Assembly: GCA_015522685.1 (NCBI GenBank)
Contig: WALU01000049.1
Coordinates: 1 to 64,000 of the forward strand
Length of the DNA: 64,000 nucleotides
Direction: 5' to 3'
From: Thermoproteota archaeon
GTDB lineage: Archaea > Korarchaeota > Korarchaeia > Korarchaeales > Korarchaeaceae
The position numbers and the translations under genes were made by a program. The notes under the pieces are model-generated. The model ran no database searches and had not been told where the DNA came from. It saw only the letters and a program-made list of their open reading frames with translations. Of this stretch, positions 28,885 through 38,353 are shown in pieces (the first letter of the stretch is position 1; each line of letters starts with the position of its first letter).

Positions 28885-30282
28885 ATGGATACTATAGTGT
28901 TAGGGAAGGAAGTAGAAACAGGCAAGGACTTCAAGCTCAAGGTTCCTGAGCTTGTAACTGGAAGGACAGCCATAATAGCTAAAACTGGCTACGGAAAGTC
29001 TTGGACCATCAGGAGGATAGTAGAGCAGTTGCTGGACACAGGTTATCCCGTTGGGATAATAGATCCTGAGGGAGAGCATTCTTCTCTAGCAGAGATATTC
29101 GACTTGCTTATTATAGCGCCAGATGGAGATGTGGATCTCACTAGGGTATCTCCTACGAGGCTAGCTCAGGTTGCTGTAAGAGGGGTGAGCTTCATACTTG
29201 ATCTATCTAAGTACGATCCAGATATCTCCTCGGAGCTTACTATCAGCACTCTAGAAGCATTAATGAATATGAAGGGCAATGGTGGTTTCCTAGTAGTGGT
29301 AGATGAAGCTAAGGTGTTGGCCCCTGAGAGGGGAGTTGGGAGTACCCTGGGGAAGCATGCTTTATTTACTACGACGTGGCTCAATGCTTTAGCGACTAGA
29401 GGAAGGAAAAGGGGGTTAGGCCTTCTCTTCTCAACCCAAAGGCCCCAGCTCGTATCTAAAACCCTACTTAGCCAAGCAGAGAACAAGATAATCTTGAGAG
29501 TTGAATATAGTCGGGATCTATCAGCAATAGTCGAATTCCTCGGCCTTAGCAAGAGAGTGGCTAGAAAGATCACTAGATTGGATAGAGGAGTAGCTTACGT
29601 GGAGGGTCCATTCGCTGATAGATCTAGCTTCGTTAGAGTAGGAGAAGTCAGAAGTGCTCATCTTGGCTCCACTCCGAGCCCTAAGCCCAGACCTCCCCCT
29701 AGCCTGAAGGAAGTAGTGAGCTTTCTTTCGATGGGTGAACTTGAATCGTTAAATGATGAGGAGAGGGAGGTAGAGCTTGAAAGAGCTGAGGAAAGAAGGA
29801 AAGGAAAAGTAGGAGAGACTAGTATTAAAGCGAAAGAGAAAAGTGGTTTCAATAGGAAGGGAAGGAAGATAGATATTAGATCCCCGGAGATATTCTCACT
29901 ACCTCCTCAAAGCCTAAGCTCAAAGATAGCTGAAGATTTGGTAAAGAGAAGGAACGAAATGAGGTCCTTGGTTAGTACCTTGGAAGACAGGAAAGGAGAA
30001 ATGAAGGAACATGTTTACCAGCTATTGCTCAAGGAATATGAGAGGGAAATGAGTCATCTAGAGGATAGCCTTGAACCTTACAGGGAGGAAGCTAGAGAGG
30101 CTATTCTGGTGCTGGAAGCCGCCATAGAGGATAGAAAGAATATGATCGCCGCCCTTAATAGAAGCAAAAGCTTCCTTAAGAAATTATGCAATAAACTGAA
30201 AATTTATAAGCTAAAAAGAGAGATAAGAGATCTAGAAAGAAGATTGAATAAGACAAAACGCCTCCTGAGTAATTTAAGATGA
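28885..30282 (+). CDS. HerA/FtsK-like (DUF87) ATPase with C-terminal coiled coil
   Basis: AKTGYGKS, IIDPEGEH, VVDEA, RGRKRG, STQRP; charged helical C-terminus. Confidence 0.85.
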   Translation: MDTIVLGKEVETGKDFKLKVPELVTGRTAIIAKTGYGKSWTIRRIVEQLLDTGYPVGIIDPEGEHSSLAEIFDLLIIAPDGDVDLTRVSPTRLAQVAVRGVSFILDLSKYDPDISSELTISTLEALMNMKGNGGFLVVVDEAKVLAPERGVGSTLGKHALFTTTWLNALATRGRKRGLGLLFSTQRPQLVSKTLLSQAENKIILRVEYSRDLSAIVEFLGLSKRVARKITRLDRGVAYVEGPFADRSSFVRVGEVRSAHLGSTPSPKPRPPPSLKEVVSFLSMGELESLNDEEREVELERAEERRKGKVGETSIKAKEKSGFNRKGRKIDIRSPEIFSLPPQSLSSKIAEDLVKRRNEMRSLVSTLEDRKGEMKEHVYQLLLKEYEREMSHLEDSLEPYREEAREAILVLEAAIEDRKNMIAALNRSKSFLKKLCNKLKIYKLKREIRDLERRLNKTKRLLSNLR

Positions 30283-30328
30283 TCCCGAGGTTTAGATTAT
30301 GAGAAGGATATTTTAGAGGATCGAAAAA

Positions 30329-30550
30329 ACGAATCCTCAAATAGATAAATTTCTCAGGAGAAACAACGTATTGGCTGTGGTTGGGGTATCTAGAGATTGT
30401 GAGAGTGGAGGTATGAGTTATGTTCTTTTTCAAGGAATATTACAGGAGAGTATACACATTAATTCAAATGCAAGTGAAATCGATGGAGATAAAGCTTATC
30501 TTAATCTATCGCGCGATTTAATGCTATATGTTATACCAGCAATAAGTTAA
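30329..30550 (+). pseudogene. degraded CoA-binding (YccU-like) protein gene
   Basis: (ACG)NPQIDKFLRRNNVLAVVGVSRD...INSNASEIDGDKAY; start mutated, internal frameshifts, truncated. Confidence 0.6.
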
Positions 30551-30639
30551 CAGAACCTTGATAAGTAAAGTTTATATTCAGCAGAAGTATGCTTTCAAAA
30601 CCTCTATAGGGTGGGATTGTTGATCCAACTAGAAGATCT

Positions 30640-32364
30640 TTGAATGGACGAGTCGTAGATGCTATATCCTCTCTTTTGATAGAATTAGGTGTTCATACCT
30701 TAGTGGGTGTGATTGGTGGCTCCATAATGCCCCTCTATGATGCGCTTTATCCCTACAGAGACGAGATGGAGATTATAATGTTCAAGCATGAGCAAGGGGC
30801 GGCTCATGCAGCTGATGCCTATGGCAGAGTTGCGAGGAAGCCTGGCGTAATGGTAGCTACTTCGGGGCCTGGAGCTACAAACCTCGTCACCGGCATAGCA
30901 AATGCCTATATGGATTCCTCTCCGGTTATGGCCCTTACAGGGCAAGTTGCCACGGAAGTGTTTGGAAGAGATGCATTCCAGGAGACAGATATCTTCGGTG
31001 TTATAGCGCCAATAACTAAGTTTGTGTATCAAGTGAAGGATCCAAAAGAGACCATTCCAGCAGTAGCGGCAGCTTATAAGATGGCATTGATAGGGAGGCC
31101 TGGGCCTACTCTTGTAGACCTACCAAGGAATATTCAAGTTGCTGAGGCTAAGGATCAGAAGAGGAAGATTCTTCCACTCAACTTCAGGAGATACCTCTTA
31201 CCAGATCCAAAAATCGAAGATATAAGAAAAGCTGCTAGTCTGATAGTAGAGGCAGAGAGGCCAGTTATATTGGTTGGTGGAGGTGTTTACTGGTCAAAAG
31301 CATCAGATAAGGTACTAAAATTGGCTGAATACATCCTCGCCCCAATAGTGACGACTCTTCCAGGAAAGAACTCCGTTCCCTTCAATCATCCACTTGTTAT
31401 GGGACCAGCGGGAATGCATGGTAGGGCAGAGGCTGATGCTGCATTAGCGAATGCTGATGTCGTTCTTGCTGTCGGAACGAGGTTCTCAGATAGAACAGTA
31501 GGAAGATTCGATGAGATGAGGGAGAAGAAAGTTATTCATATAGATATAGATGCGAGTGAGCTTGGCAAAAACATCCCAACAGAGGTTGCAATAAGGGGAG
31601 ATGCTAAAACTGCACTAGAAATGCTCCTTAATGAGATAAAAACTGTGGAAACTAAGGAAAGGGATAAATTTCTGTCTTGGCTCAGATACATAAGGGAAGA
31701 GTTTGAAAGATCCTTGAAAGAGTGGGAAAACAGTTTTAAAGGCCTTGCTCCATGGAGAGTATTAAAAACATTGAGGAAGTTCCTTCCTAGCAACTCAATA
31801 GCAGTAACAGGTGTTGGAAGCCATCAGATGTGGTCCGAGATTCATTGGAATGTGCTCTTCCCTGGAACATTCATAACATCGGCTGGTTTAGGAACTATGG
31901 GATTCGGTATACCAGCAGCCTTGGGAGCTAAGCTAGCAGCTAGAGATAGGCAGGTGGTATGCATAGATGGTGATGGAAGTTTTCAGATGACCTTAAACAA
32001 TCTATCTCTGATTAGAGATTATGACCTTCCATTTATAGAAGTGATATTCGATAATAGAGCCTTAATGCTGGTCAAGCAGTGGCAGATATACCTTTATGAG
32101 AGAAGGATCATAGCAACTGAATTCTCAAATAATCCTGACTTCGCCAAGATATCGAATGCCTATAACATAGAGTTCTCGAGACCTGAAAGCTATGAAGATA
32201 TAAAGAAATCCGTGGAATGGGCCGTTAGGAACAGAGAACCTCTCATACTTGATATAACATTGGACAATGAGAAGGACATTGTTTTGCCATGGGTTCAGCC
32301 TGGAAAATGGCTTACAGATGCCATACTTCCACCTAGCATGGAGATTGATCTGAAATGGAGGTAG
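30640..32364 (+). CDS. ilvB: acetolactate synthase large subunit
   Basis: HEQGAAHAADAYGR, TSGPGATN, FQETD, GDGSFQM ThDP motif. Confidence 0.94.
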   Translation: MNGRVVDAISSLLIELGVHTLVGVIGGSIMPLYDALYPYRDEMEIIMFKHEQGAAHAADAYGRVARKPGVMVATSGPGATNLVTGIANAYMDSSPVMALTGQVATEVFGRDAFQETDIFGVIAPITKFVYQVKDPKETIPAVAAAYKMALIGRPGPTLVDLPRNIQVAEAKDQKRKILPLNFRRYLLPDPKIEDIRKAASLIVEAERPVILVGGGVYWSKASDKVLKLAEYILAPIVTTLPGKNSVPFNHPLVMGPAGMHGRAEADAALANADVVLAVGTRFSDRTVGRFDEMREKKVIHIDIDASELGKNIPTEVAIRGDAKTALEMLLNEIKTVETKERDKFLSWLRYIREEFERSLKEWENSFKGLAPWRVLKTLRKFLPSNSIAVTGVGSHQMWSEIHWNVLFPGTFITSAGLGTMGFGIPAALGAKLAARDRQVVCIDGDGSFQMTLNNLSLIRDYDLPFIEVIFDNRALMLVKQWQIYLYERRIIATEFSNNPDFAKISNAYNIEFSRPESYEDIKKSVEWAVRNREPLILDITLDNEKDIVLPWVQPGKWLTDAILPPSMEIDLKWR

Positions 32365-32368
32365 TATC

Positions 32369-32647
32369 ATGAGAGCAGAGATAAGGCTTGAGATGAGGAT
32401 ATTTGGCGGCCTTGATCAGCTTTCTAGGGTCATTAACATAACTAGAAGGGGCAGGGTCTCTTATAGGAATATAGAAGTAAAATTTGAAGACGGTGAAGTC
32501 AAAGCTGCAATCGATATGAAAGGAAAAGCCAAGGAAATAGAGTGGCTTATAAAGAAAATGGCTACATTACCAGAAGTAATCTCTATTGAGACACGTGCTA
32601 GAACTGTAGAGCTCGAAGATCCCCTGACTGAGATTTTTCTTCCTTAA
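32369..32647 (+). CDS. ilvN: ACT-domain acetolactate synthase small subunit
   Basis: 92 aa, LSRVINITRR ACT-like pattern, between ilvB and ilvC. Confidence 0.7.
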   Translation: MRAEIRLEMRIFGGLDQLSRVINITRRGRVSYRNIEVKFEDGEVKAAIDMKGKAKEIEWLIKKMATLPEVISIETRARTVELEDPLTEIFLP

Positions 32648-32667
32648 GTTTGATGAGGTGTTTTCCT

Positions 32668-33651
32668 ATGGCGAAGGTGTATTTAGATAAAGATGTTAGT
32701 TTAGAGCCCCTAGAGGGCAAGACTCTAGCTGTAGCCGGGTATGGAATACAAGGAAGGGCTCAGGCCCTGAATTTGAGGGATAGCGGACTTAATGTAATAG
32801 TAGGAGTGAGAAAGGGAAAATCTTGGGATCTAGCTGAGAAGGAAGGTTTCAAAGTATATAGCGTCGGAGATGCTGTAGCTGAAGCAGATGCCGTTCTCTA
32901 TCTACTGCCAGATATGGCTCAACCTGATGTATGGGCTAGGGAGGTGGAGCCTAACTTGAAGGAAGGAGCAGTAGTTAACTTTGCGCACGGCTTTGCTATA
33001 CATTATGGCCTCATAAAGCCAAGAAAAGAGTTAGATGTAGTGATGGTCGCACCGAAGGCCCCGGGAGCTGCTGTGAGAGAGGAATACTTGAAAGGTAAAG
33101 GCGCCCCTGCCCTCGTAGCGATATACCAAGACTATTCAGGAATGGCAAAGGAGTTCGCCTTAGCTATAGCAAAGGGAATAGGAGCTACTAGATCAGGTGT
33201 TATAGAAACGACTTTTGCTGAGGAGACGGAAACGGATCTAATAGGAGAGCAGAATGTCCTCGTAGGAGGGCTAATGGAACTTTTGATGAAGGGATGGGAA
33301 ACTCTAGTGGACATGGGATACCAACCAGAAGTGGCATATTTTGAGGCTCTAAACGAAGCCAAGCTTATAATGGATCTAATATGGAGGTATGGTATAAAAG
33401 GAATGCTAGATAGGGTTTCCGTCACAGCTAGGTATGGCGGCCTCACGGTGGGCCCCAAAGTGCTAGATGATGGGGTGAAGGACAGGATGAGAAGATATGC
33501 TGAGAGAGTGGTGAGTGGTGAGTTCGCTAGAGAGTGGGTGAAGGCATACAGAAATGGAGGAAATAAGCTAGACGATCTCATGAGAAGAGTAGAGAGCCAT
33601 CCGATAGAAAAGGTGGGTCACCGAGTCAGAAAGCTTATATTTGGGGAGTGA
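32668..33651 (+). CDS. ilvC: ketol-acid reductoisomerase
   Basis: GYGIQGRAQALNLRDSG, APKAPG, ETETDLIGEQ; ATG after GAGGTG. Confidence 0.96.
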   Translation: MAKVYLDKDVSLEPLEGKTLAVAGYGIQGRAQALNLRDSGLNVIVGVRKGKSWDLAEKEGFKVYSVGDAVAEADAVLYLLPDMAQPDVWAREVEPNLKEGAVVNFAHGFAIHYGLIKPRKELDVVMVAPKAPGAAVREEYLKGKGAPALVAIYQDYSGMAKEFALAIAKGIGATRSGVIETTFAEETETDLIGEQNVLVGGLMELLMKGWETLVDMGYQPEVAYFEALNEAKLIMDLIWRYGIKGMLDRVSVTARYGGLTVGPKVLDDGVKDRMRRYAERVVSGEFAREWVKAYRNGGNKLDDLMRRVESHPIEKVGHRVRKLIFGE

Positions 33652-33879
33652 TATTGAGGTGTCTCTTTTTTCTATTTTTATCTTTTAATTTTTGACATAT
33701 GGAAGATTTTTTACTATTACGACTACTTTCTAAGACTATGTCGATAAAATTTTTATACAACGGTAGTATCTCTACTATACTTAAAATTTAAAAATAGTAT
33801 AATAAGAATGCTTTGGCTCTATCTCTTCACTCTGTTGCTACTATCAAGCAATCACCTAAAGGACATTTAAGTACTCACA

Positions 33880-34362
33880 CAAAATTGTCCAGTATAGTCT
33901 TTAGATCTCCCTCAGCCCCTTTATTTCATCTAGCATCTCATCCTATCTTTTTAACATTCCGTCTTGTTTCTTTAGTATTTCATCTTGTTTGTTTAACATC
34001 ATGTATTGCCTTCCCAGTATTTCATCCTGCTTTCCTATCATCCTAAGTCCTATCTCTATCATTTTACTCAGCTGCAGAGTCGTGAAATACGATCTAAATC
34101 TCTCTATATCTTTAACAGGCTCTTCATAATCTTAAGAGGAGATGCTACTAATCTCTGCTCCTTTAGGGAGTATGCTTCTAACATCATCCTCTAAAGTTCT
34201 TACTACTGCCTCATTTTCATCATATAATACTTCTACAGAGTTCTTGCATATATTCCTAGCTTAAAAAGCATTTAGGTCATGCTCACTGGCGAGGTTAGGG
34301 AGAAACATTCTGTAGCCCAAATCCTGAACTTTGCTGCCCTTAATGAGAAGCTTCCTTTTCAT
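33880..34362 (-). pseudogene. acylphosphatase-domain/coiled-coil protein pseudogene
   Basis: MKRKLLIKGSKVQDLGYRMFL... then KQDE heptad repeats; in-frame stops at 34261-63, 34132-34, 33943-45, 33901-03. Confidence 0.8.
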
Positions 34363-34615
34363 CAATGCAAGTTGCTTTGATATCAATTTAAACGTTATCT
34401 GTCAATTGGCGATATATTTAAGGTTATGAAATTTTTAGAAACGTATTATATTTACTATCGAGATATAGTGTAAAGTGAAGCGAATGATATGTTCACCTAT
34501 CTGTCTAGTCTAGCTATATGCTCATAACCTTTCACTTTAGGAGAAGTAATGAGATAAGTTGAGAAAAATATAGGCTAGGCTAAGTGAGAAATAGCGTTAA
34601 AGATTCTTATATCAG

Positions 34616-34912
34616 TCAGAGGTTCTGGGCGGCAATCCATTTTTCCATTATATTGTAGTGGGCTTCTCCTCTGTACTTGGTGACAATCTGGGTCATCCAT
34701 CTCGGTAAGATAGTCTCTCCAGTTAAAGAAGCCTTAAGAACAGTCTTTATATGAGCCAGCTTTGAGAATTCCTTCAGAAACTCATTCAGCTCATCCATCG
34801 AGGGGAATGAAAGCACATATGTATACTCATATCCTCTATCGCCCTTCAATTCCAGTAGTATAGGCACCTTCAACTTAGAAATTTCATCTAGAAAGCCTTC
34901 TGGGGATAGCAT
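34616..34912 (-). CDS. hypothetical protein, possibly N-truncated remnant
   Basis: 98-aa ORF; upstream sequence to about 35034 reads protein-like in another frame. Confidence 0.5.
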   Translation of the reverse strand: MLSPEGFLDEISKLKVPILLELKGDRGYEYTYVLSFPSMDELNEFLKEFSKLAHIKTVLKASLTGETILPRWMTQIVTKYRGEAHYNIMEKWIAAQNL

Positions 34913-35128
34913 GATTGGTTGGATCTGAAGAGGACATCAATATCTTTCCCTTGTGAAGAGAGGCTACCTTATGTAAGGATGAGGAATCAGGTGAATAGGC
35001 TACTGCGAAGAAGTAGGCCTCCGCAAAGATACATCACCCAAGAGACATTCCTTGTCTCCACTTAAAAACCTTATTCTGATTCGCAACCCATATTTTATTA
35101 TATAGATTATCATTATCCATTGCAAAGA

Positions 35129-35188
35129 GGCCATCAGTCCGCCCGTCATACCCCATGATTCAGGTTTAAGGAATTATCATCATCGGCC
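35129..35188 (-). ncRNA. C/D-box sRNA, predicted guide for 16S rRNA Cm1402 (E. coli numbering)
   Basis: ggccg-ATGATGA-taattccttaaac-CTGA-atcatggggta-tgacgggcgga-CTGA-tggcc; terminal stem; D guide complementary to conserved CCGCCCGUCA. Confidence 0.85.
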
Positions 35189-35292
35189 ATGCTATGATGA
35201 AACGAGAGCTATTAACGTTTACCACTATAAACTATAAGGCAAGCGAATAGCAGCTGTCGGAAATCTTTAATAAGCTCTCTCGGAATTCTAAC

Positions 35293-35802
35293 ATGATGAC
35301 CAGACTTCTATCCTTCTTGATGCTGTCGCTGATTTCATTAGTTGTGACAAGTTCTCTTGCATCTGCATCAGTCCTCACCGGGCCTGTAGCCATAGTCTCA
35401 AATTCTATAGATATGCCAACTGCAAATAGAACAGCAAATATCTTGAAGGAGATGGGCTTCGAGGTGAAGATATTCTTCCCCAGCGAATTTGATGACGCCC
35501 TCAAGTATGGGCAGTTTGTGATAATACTGGGGGGCCATAAGGCGCCTGAAGGCATAGGTCAGATATCCACAAAATTCCTATCCGCCGAAGAGAAGGCAAA
35601 GCTTGAAAGAAAGAATTATGCATATTATTTCATCAAGAGAGGACCTGAAAGGAAGCCTGTTGTCATAATAGCTGGCAATGATAGGTTTGGAACATATAGA
35701 GCGACAAATACCTTCCTCATTAAAGGAATAAAAGAATTATCAGATTTCATCTCTTCACCTGGAATCGTAATGGTGGCGATGACATCGCCTGCAGGTGATT
35801 GA
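35293..35802 (+). CDS. secreted/surface protein with S-layer or cell-wall-binding-repeat-like domain
   Basis: signal peptide; IILGGHKAPEGIG and IIAGNDRFGT; paralog of N-domain of 43242..44333. Confidence 0.75.
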   Translation: MMTRLLSFLMLSLISLVVTSSLASASVLTGPVAIVSNSIDMPTANRTANILKEMGFEVKIFFPSEFDDALKYGQFVIILGGHKAPEGIGQISTKFLSAEEKAKLERKNYAYYFIKRGPERKPVVIIAGNDRFGTYRATNTFLIKGIKELSDFISSPGIVMVAMTSPAGD

Positions 35803-35808
35803 GTTGCC

Positions 35809-35831
35809 CCTAGCTCCTACGAGGAGCTAGG
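35809..35831. terminator. 10-bp hairpin downstream of 35293..35802
   Basis: CCTAGCTCCT-acg-AGGAGCTAGG 6 nt after the stop; no U-tract, so function uncertain. Confidence 0.35.
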
Positions 35832-36259
35832 AGATTGAGATGCTAGCATCCCCCCCATAAGCTTACTCAGGGGTAGAGTATTTCTCCCCATGGCCTTGCC
35901 CCTGAGGTACCTGGCAGGATGCTCTGATCCAGATGATCCAATATTTCACTTATAGAAGCCATTTTAGTAACAGGTCCTCCTTTAATTCCTGTTTTAGAGG
36001 GAGGGCCTAGCTGCACTGGTGGCTGGAAGAATAAATGCATGTAGCTAGGTATCCCCCTTCCCTATGAAGTAGCTCTATTCTCCTTGCCTTGGATTGGTTC
36101 ATGTTAAACACTGCTGGAAGGGAAAGAAGAGCTATCAATAGATGAGATCCTTCATTTCGTTTCTAGCCTCTTGAATGTCATCGAGTCTATATCTATCCAA
36201 ATACCCGGGAAATCCATTCTCTCAGTATCAACGCAAACCATGTTTACTTATCTACTACC

Positions 36260-37000
36260 TTAAGGCGATTCAGCATCTTTTATCTTCTCTAGTAGGAGAG
36301 ATAGACCTCTTCTCAAAGCTCTATCTGAATTTTTTCCCAACCATCTGGGTCTATTAATTAGCTCTTCTATCTCCTCTTTTTTATGAATCTTCTCGTAGAT
36401 CTTCAGGCCTAGGTGACCTTGCCTTCTTAAACTGCACTGAAGGGTAAATCCATTGCCTTCCTCCTTACTGAAGCTGCATGAAACAAATACGCCTTGAGAA
36501 ACTTCCACCTTCAGCATTTCTATCGCTGATTTCTGTACTAGGATCTTATTTAAGGTTGATAGCCCTCGAACTTTAAGCTCCGTAAGCAGGTAAGTTGAGA
36601 AAATGTTGGCAGAGTTGATGAAATTTGTAGAAGCAGCTAGCTCCCTTGCGAGAGATGTGGCAGTCTCCAAGGATCCTGACGACCCAGATTTGATTATCAT
36701 AAGCATGAAATCTCCAAGGAAGAGGTTAGATCAGATGAGAGAAGAGAGATAATGAGCTAATCACTAGAATTCTCCTCAAGAGCTCCTCCGTTGAAAGAGC
36801 CATCAAACCACTTAAGGAGGAGTTCTCCAAACTTAGGTTCATAGTGGAGCATGCTGGCGCCGAGTTGGAGGCTTCTAAGACAGATATCTTTATACCATTC
36901 ATAAACCGAGCGGGAGGAAGGGGAACTTATCAAGCCTCTTTGAGCATCCCCTTTAAGTACAAGGCTTACCTAGACCTGTGTTTCAGATTATATCATGGTG
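36260..37000 (-). pseudogene. probable fragmented gene (148-aa ORF plus upstream stop-interrupted segment)
   Basis: upstream frame reads VSLVLKGD..YEWYKDICLRS..LLKWFDG with stops and a frameshift before ORF 36260..36706. Confidence 0.4.
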
Positions 37001-37076
37001 CTTGACGGTTTTTATTATAGAGCTCAATGCAATAGATGTTAAGGCTGGAAAGATGCCTAGCCTAATTACGTGCAGC

Positions 37077-37859
37077 CTAGATAAATATCTTTAGAATCAT
37101 CCAGAGAGCAGCTCCTAGAAGTATCAACGAGAAGGCTCCTCTTAACCTTCCCTCATCTATCTTTACATGCATTCTAGATCCTACCTGAGACCCAAGAATG
37201 ACTAGAAAGCCAAGAAATGTGGCGAGCGTAGGATCTATCCCTCCTCTTACTACATGACCCAAGAAAGACATGGAGGATGACGATAGGGCCAAGAAGCTAT
37301 TTGTGGCCATAGCTATCCTGAGAGGGACTCCTCCTAAGATTGTGCATATAGGAACTATCAATCCTCCTCCAGATATCCCAGCCATCCCTGCTAGAAAGGC
37401 CACTATAGTCACAGGAGGAATCATTCCGGCAAGCCAGATCTCATAGTCTGTCTCTCCAACATTTCTTCTGATCAAGAAGAGTCTCGATCCCTTGAATTCC
37501 TTCTTAGATAATATCATGAAGGCTGACATTATTAGTAGAGATGAGAAGCATATCTTGAGGTAGATTGAGGGTATTCTGTAAGAGATAAATCCTCCTAGAA
37601 AGGAGGAGATTCCTACTACTGCTCCAAGTATTATAGCTAGAGTCCAGTCCAAGAGCTTATGTTTTCCATGGTAAACGATCACCATGGAAAGCCCTTGCAA
37701 TGTTATCAAGAGGAGACCCAATGATGCAGCTCTGTAATAGCTGAAGCCAAGCAGTGTCATCAGGATGGGGATGTAGAGTTCTCCTCCACCTTTCCCAAAC
37801 ATTGAGAAAACCAATGAAATGAGGAAGATTAGTATTGCTGTCATCAAAAACTGGTGCAT
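37077..37859 (-). CDS. TauE/SafE sulfite exporter family
   Basis: FSMFGKGGG and GMAGISGGG repeats, about 8 TM. Confidence 0.88.
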   Translation of the reverse strand: MHQFLMTAILIFLISLVFSMFGKGGGELYIPILMTLLGFSYYRAASLGLLLITLQGLSMVIVYHGKHKLLDWTLAIILGAVVGISSFLGGFISYRIPSIYLKICFSSLLIMSAFMILSKKEFKGSRLFLIRRNVGETDYEIWLAGMIPPVTIVAFLAGMAGISGGGLIVPICTILGGVPLRIAMATNSFLALSSSSMSFLGHVVRGGIDPTLATFLGFLVILGSQVGSRMHVKIDEGRLRGAFSLILLGAALWMILKIFI

Positions 37860-37933
37860 AGAAGCTGCTAGCTTAAGTTAGTATATAAACTTAAGCAACT
37901 ACAGACTGAGAGGTGATCGTGCTTATGCTATAT

Positions 37934-38293
37934 CTATACATCCCTTTTCGCTAAGATCTCCTGAACTTTAGGTGCGATATCTTTTCCTACTATTCTACAC
38001 GCGTTAGGAGGAGCTATTCCAGCTGCGATAGCCTCAGCACAATCTCTACATGTAGGAAAGCCACATGCTCCACAGTTCATCTTTGGGAGGAGAGAGTAGA
38101 TCTCATCAACGAGGTTCTTATCCCTAAGTTGATACTGAGCATCTGTATGTGGTGCCTGAGCTATTGAAGGTATTGATTGATTTAGATAAGCTGGCCAGTG
38201 CATCCCTCTAGCGCTCATTCTAATTCTCATCCCTTTTCCTTTGCTTCTTCTCCATCTCCGTCTGTATCTGTAACCCAAAATAATCACCACCAC
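37934..38293 (-). CDS. small Fe-S protein (RnfB N-terminal-like domain) with Arg-rich N-terminus
   Basis: LPKMNCGACGFPTCRDCA...NAC. Confidence 0.8.
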   Translation of the reverse strand: MVVIILGYRYRRRWRRSKGKGMRIRMSARGMHWPAYLNQSIPSIAQAPHTDAQYQLRDKNLVDEIYSLLPKMNCGACGFPTCRDCAEAIAAGIAPPNACRIVGKDIAPKVQEILAKRDV

Positions 38294-38353
38294 TTAAGTT
38301 GAGGCTGCCTATTAAAGTTAGGTGGACTGATCTTTTTTATACACCTTCCTAAG

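Noticed and set aside
33813-34194. Plus-strand ORFs 33813..34046 and 34006..34194; possible CRISPR-like repeats
   Set aside because: Antisense shadows of the acylphosphatase pseudogene; the repeats are coding heptads with no spacers
33901-34362. Stop-codon readthrough or alternative genetic code
   Set aside because: Mixed TAA and TAG stops, and all neighbouring genes use the standard code
35191-35260. Second, divergent C/D sRNA (plus-strand ATGATGA at 35194)
   Set aside because: No CTGA D or D' box at appropriate spacing; overlaps the likely promoter of the minus-strand sRNA
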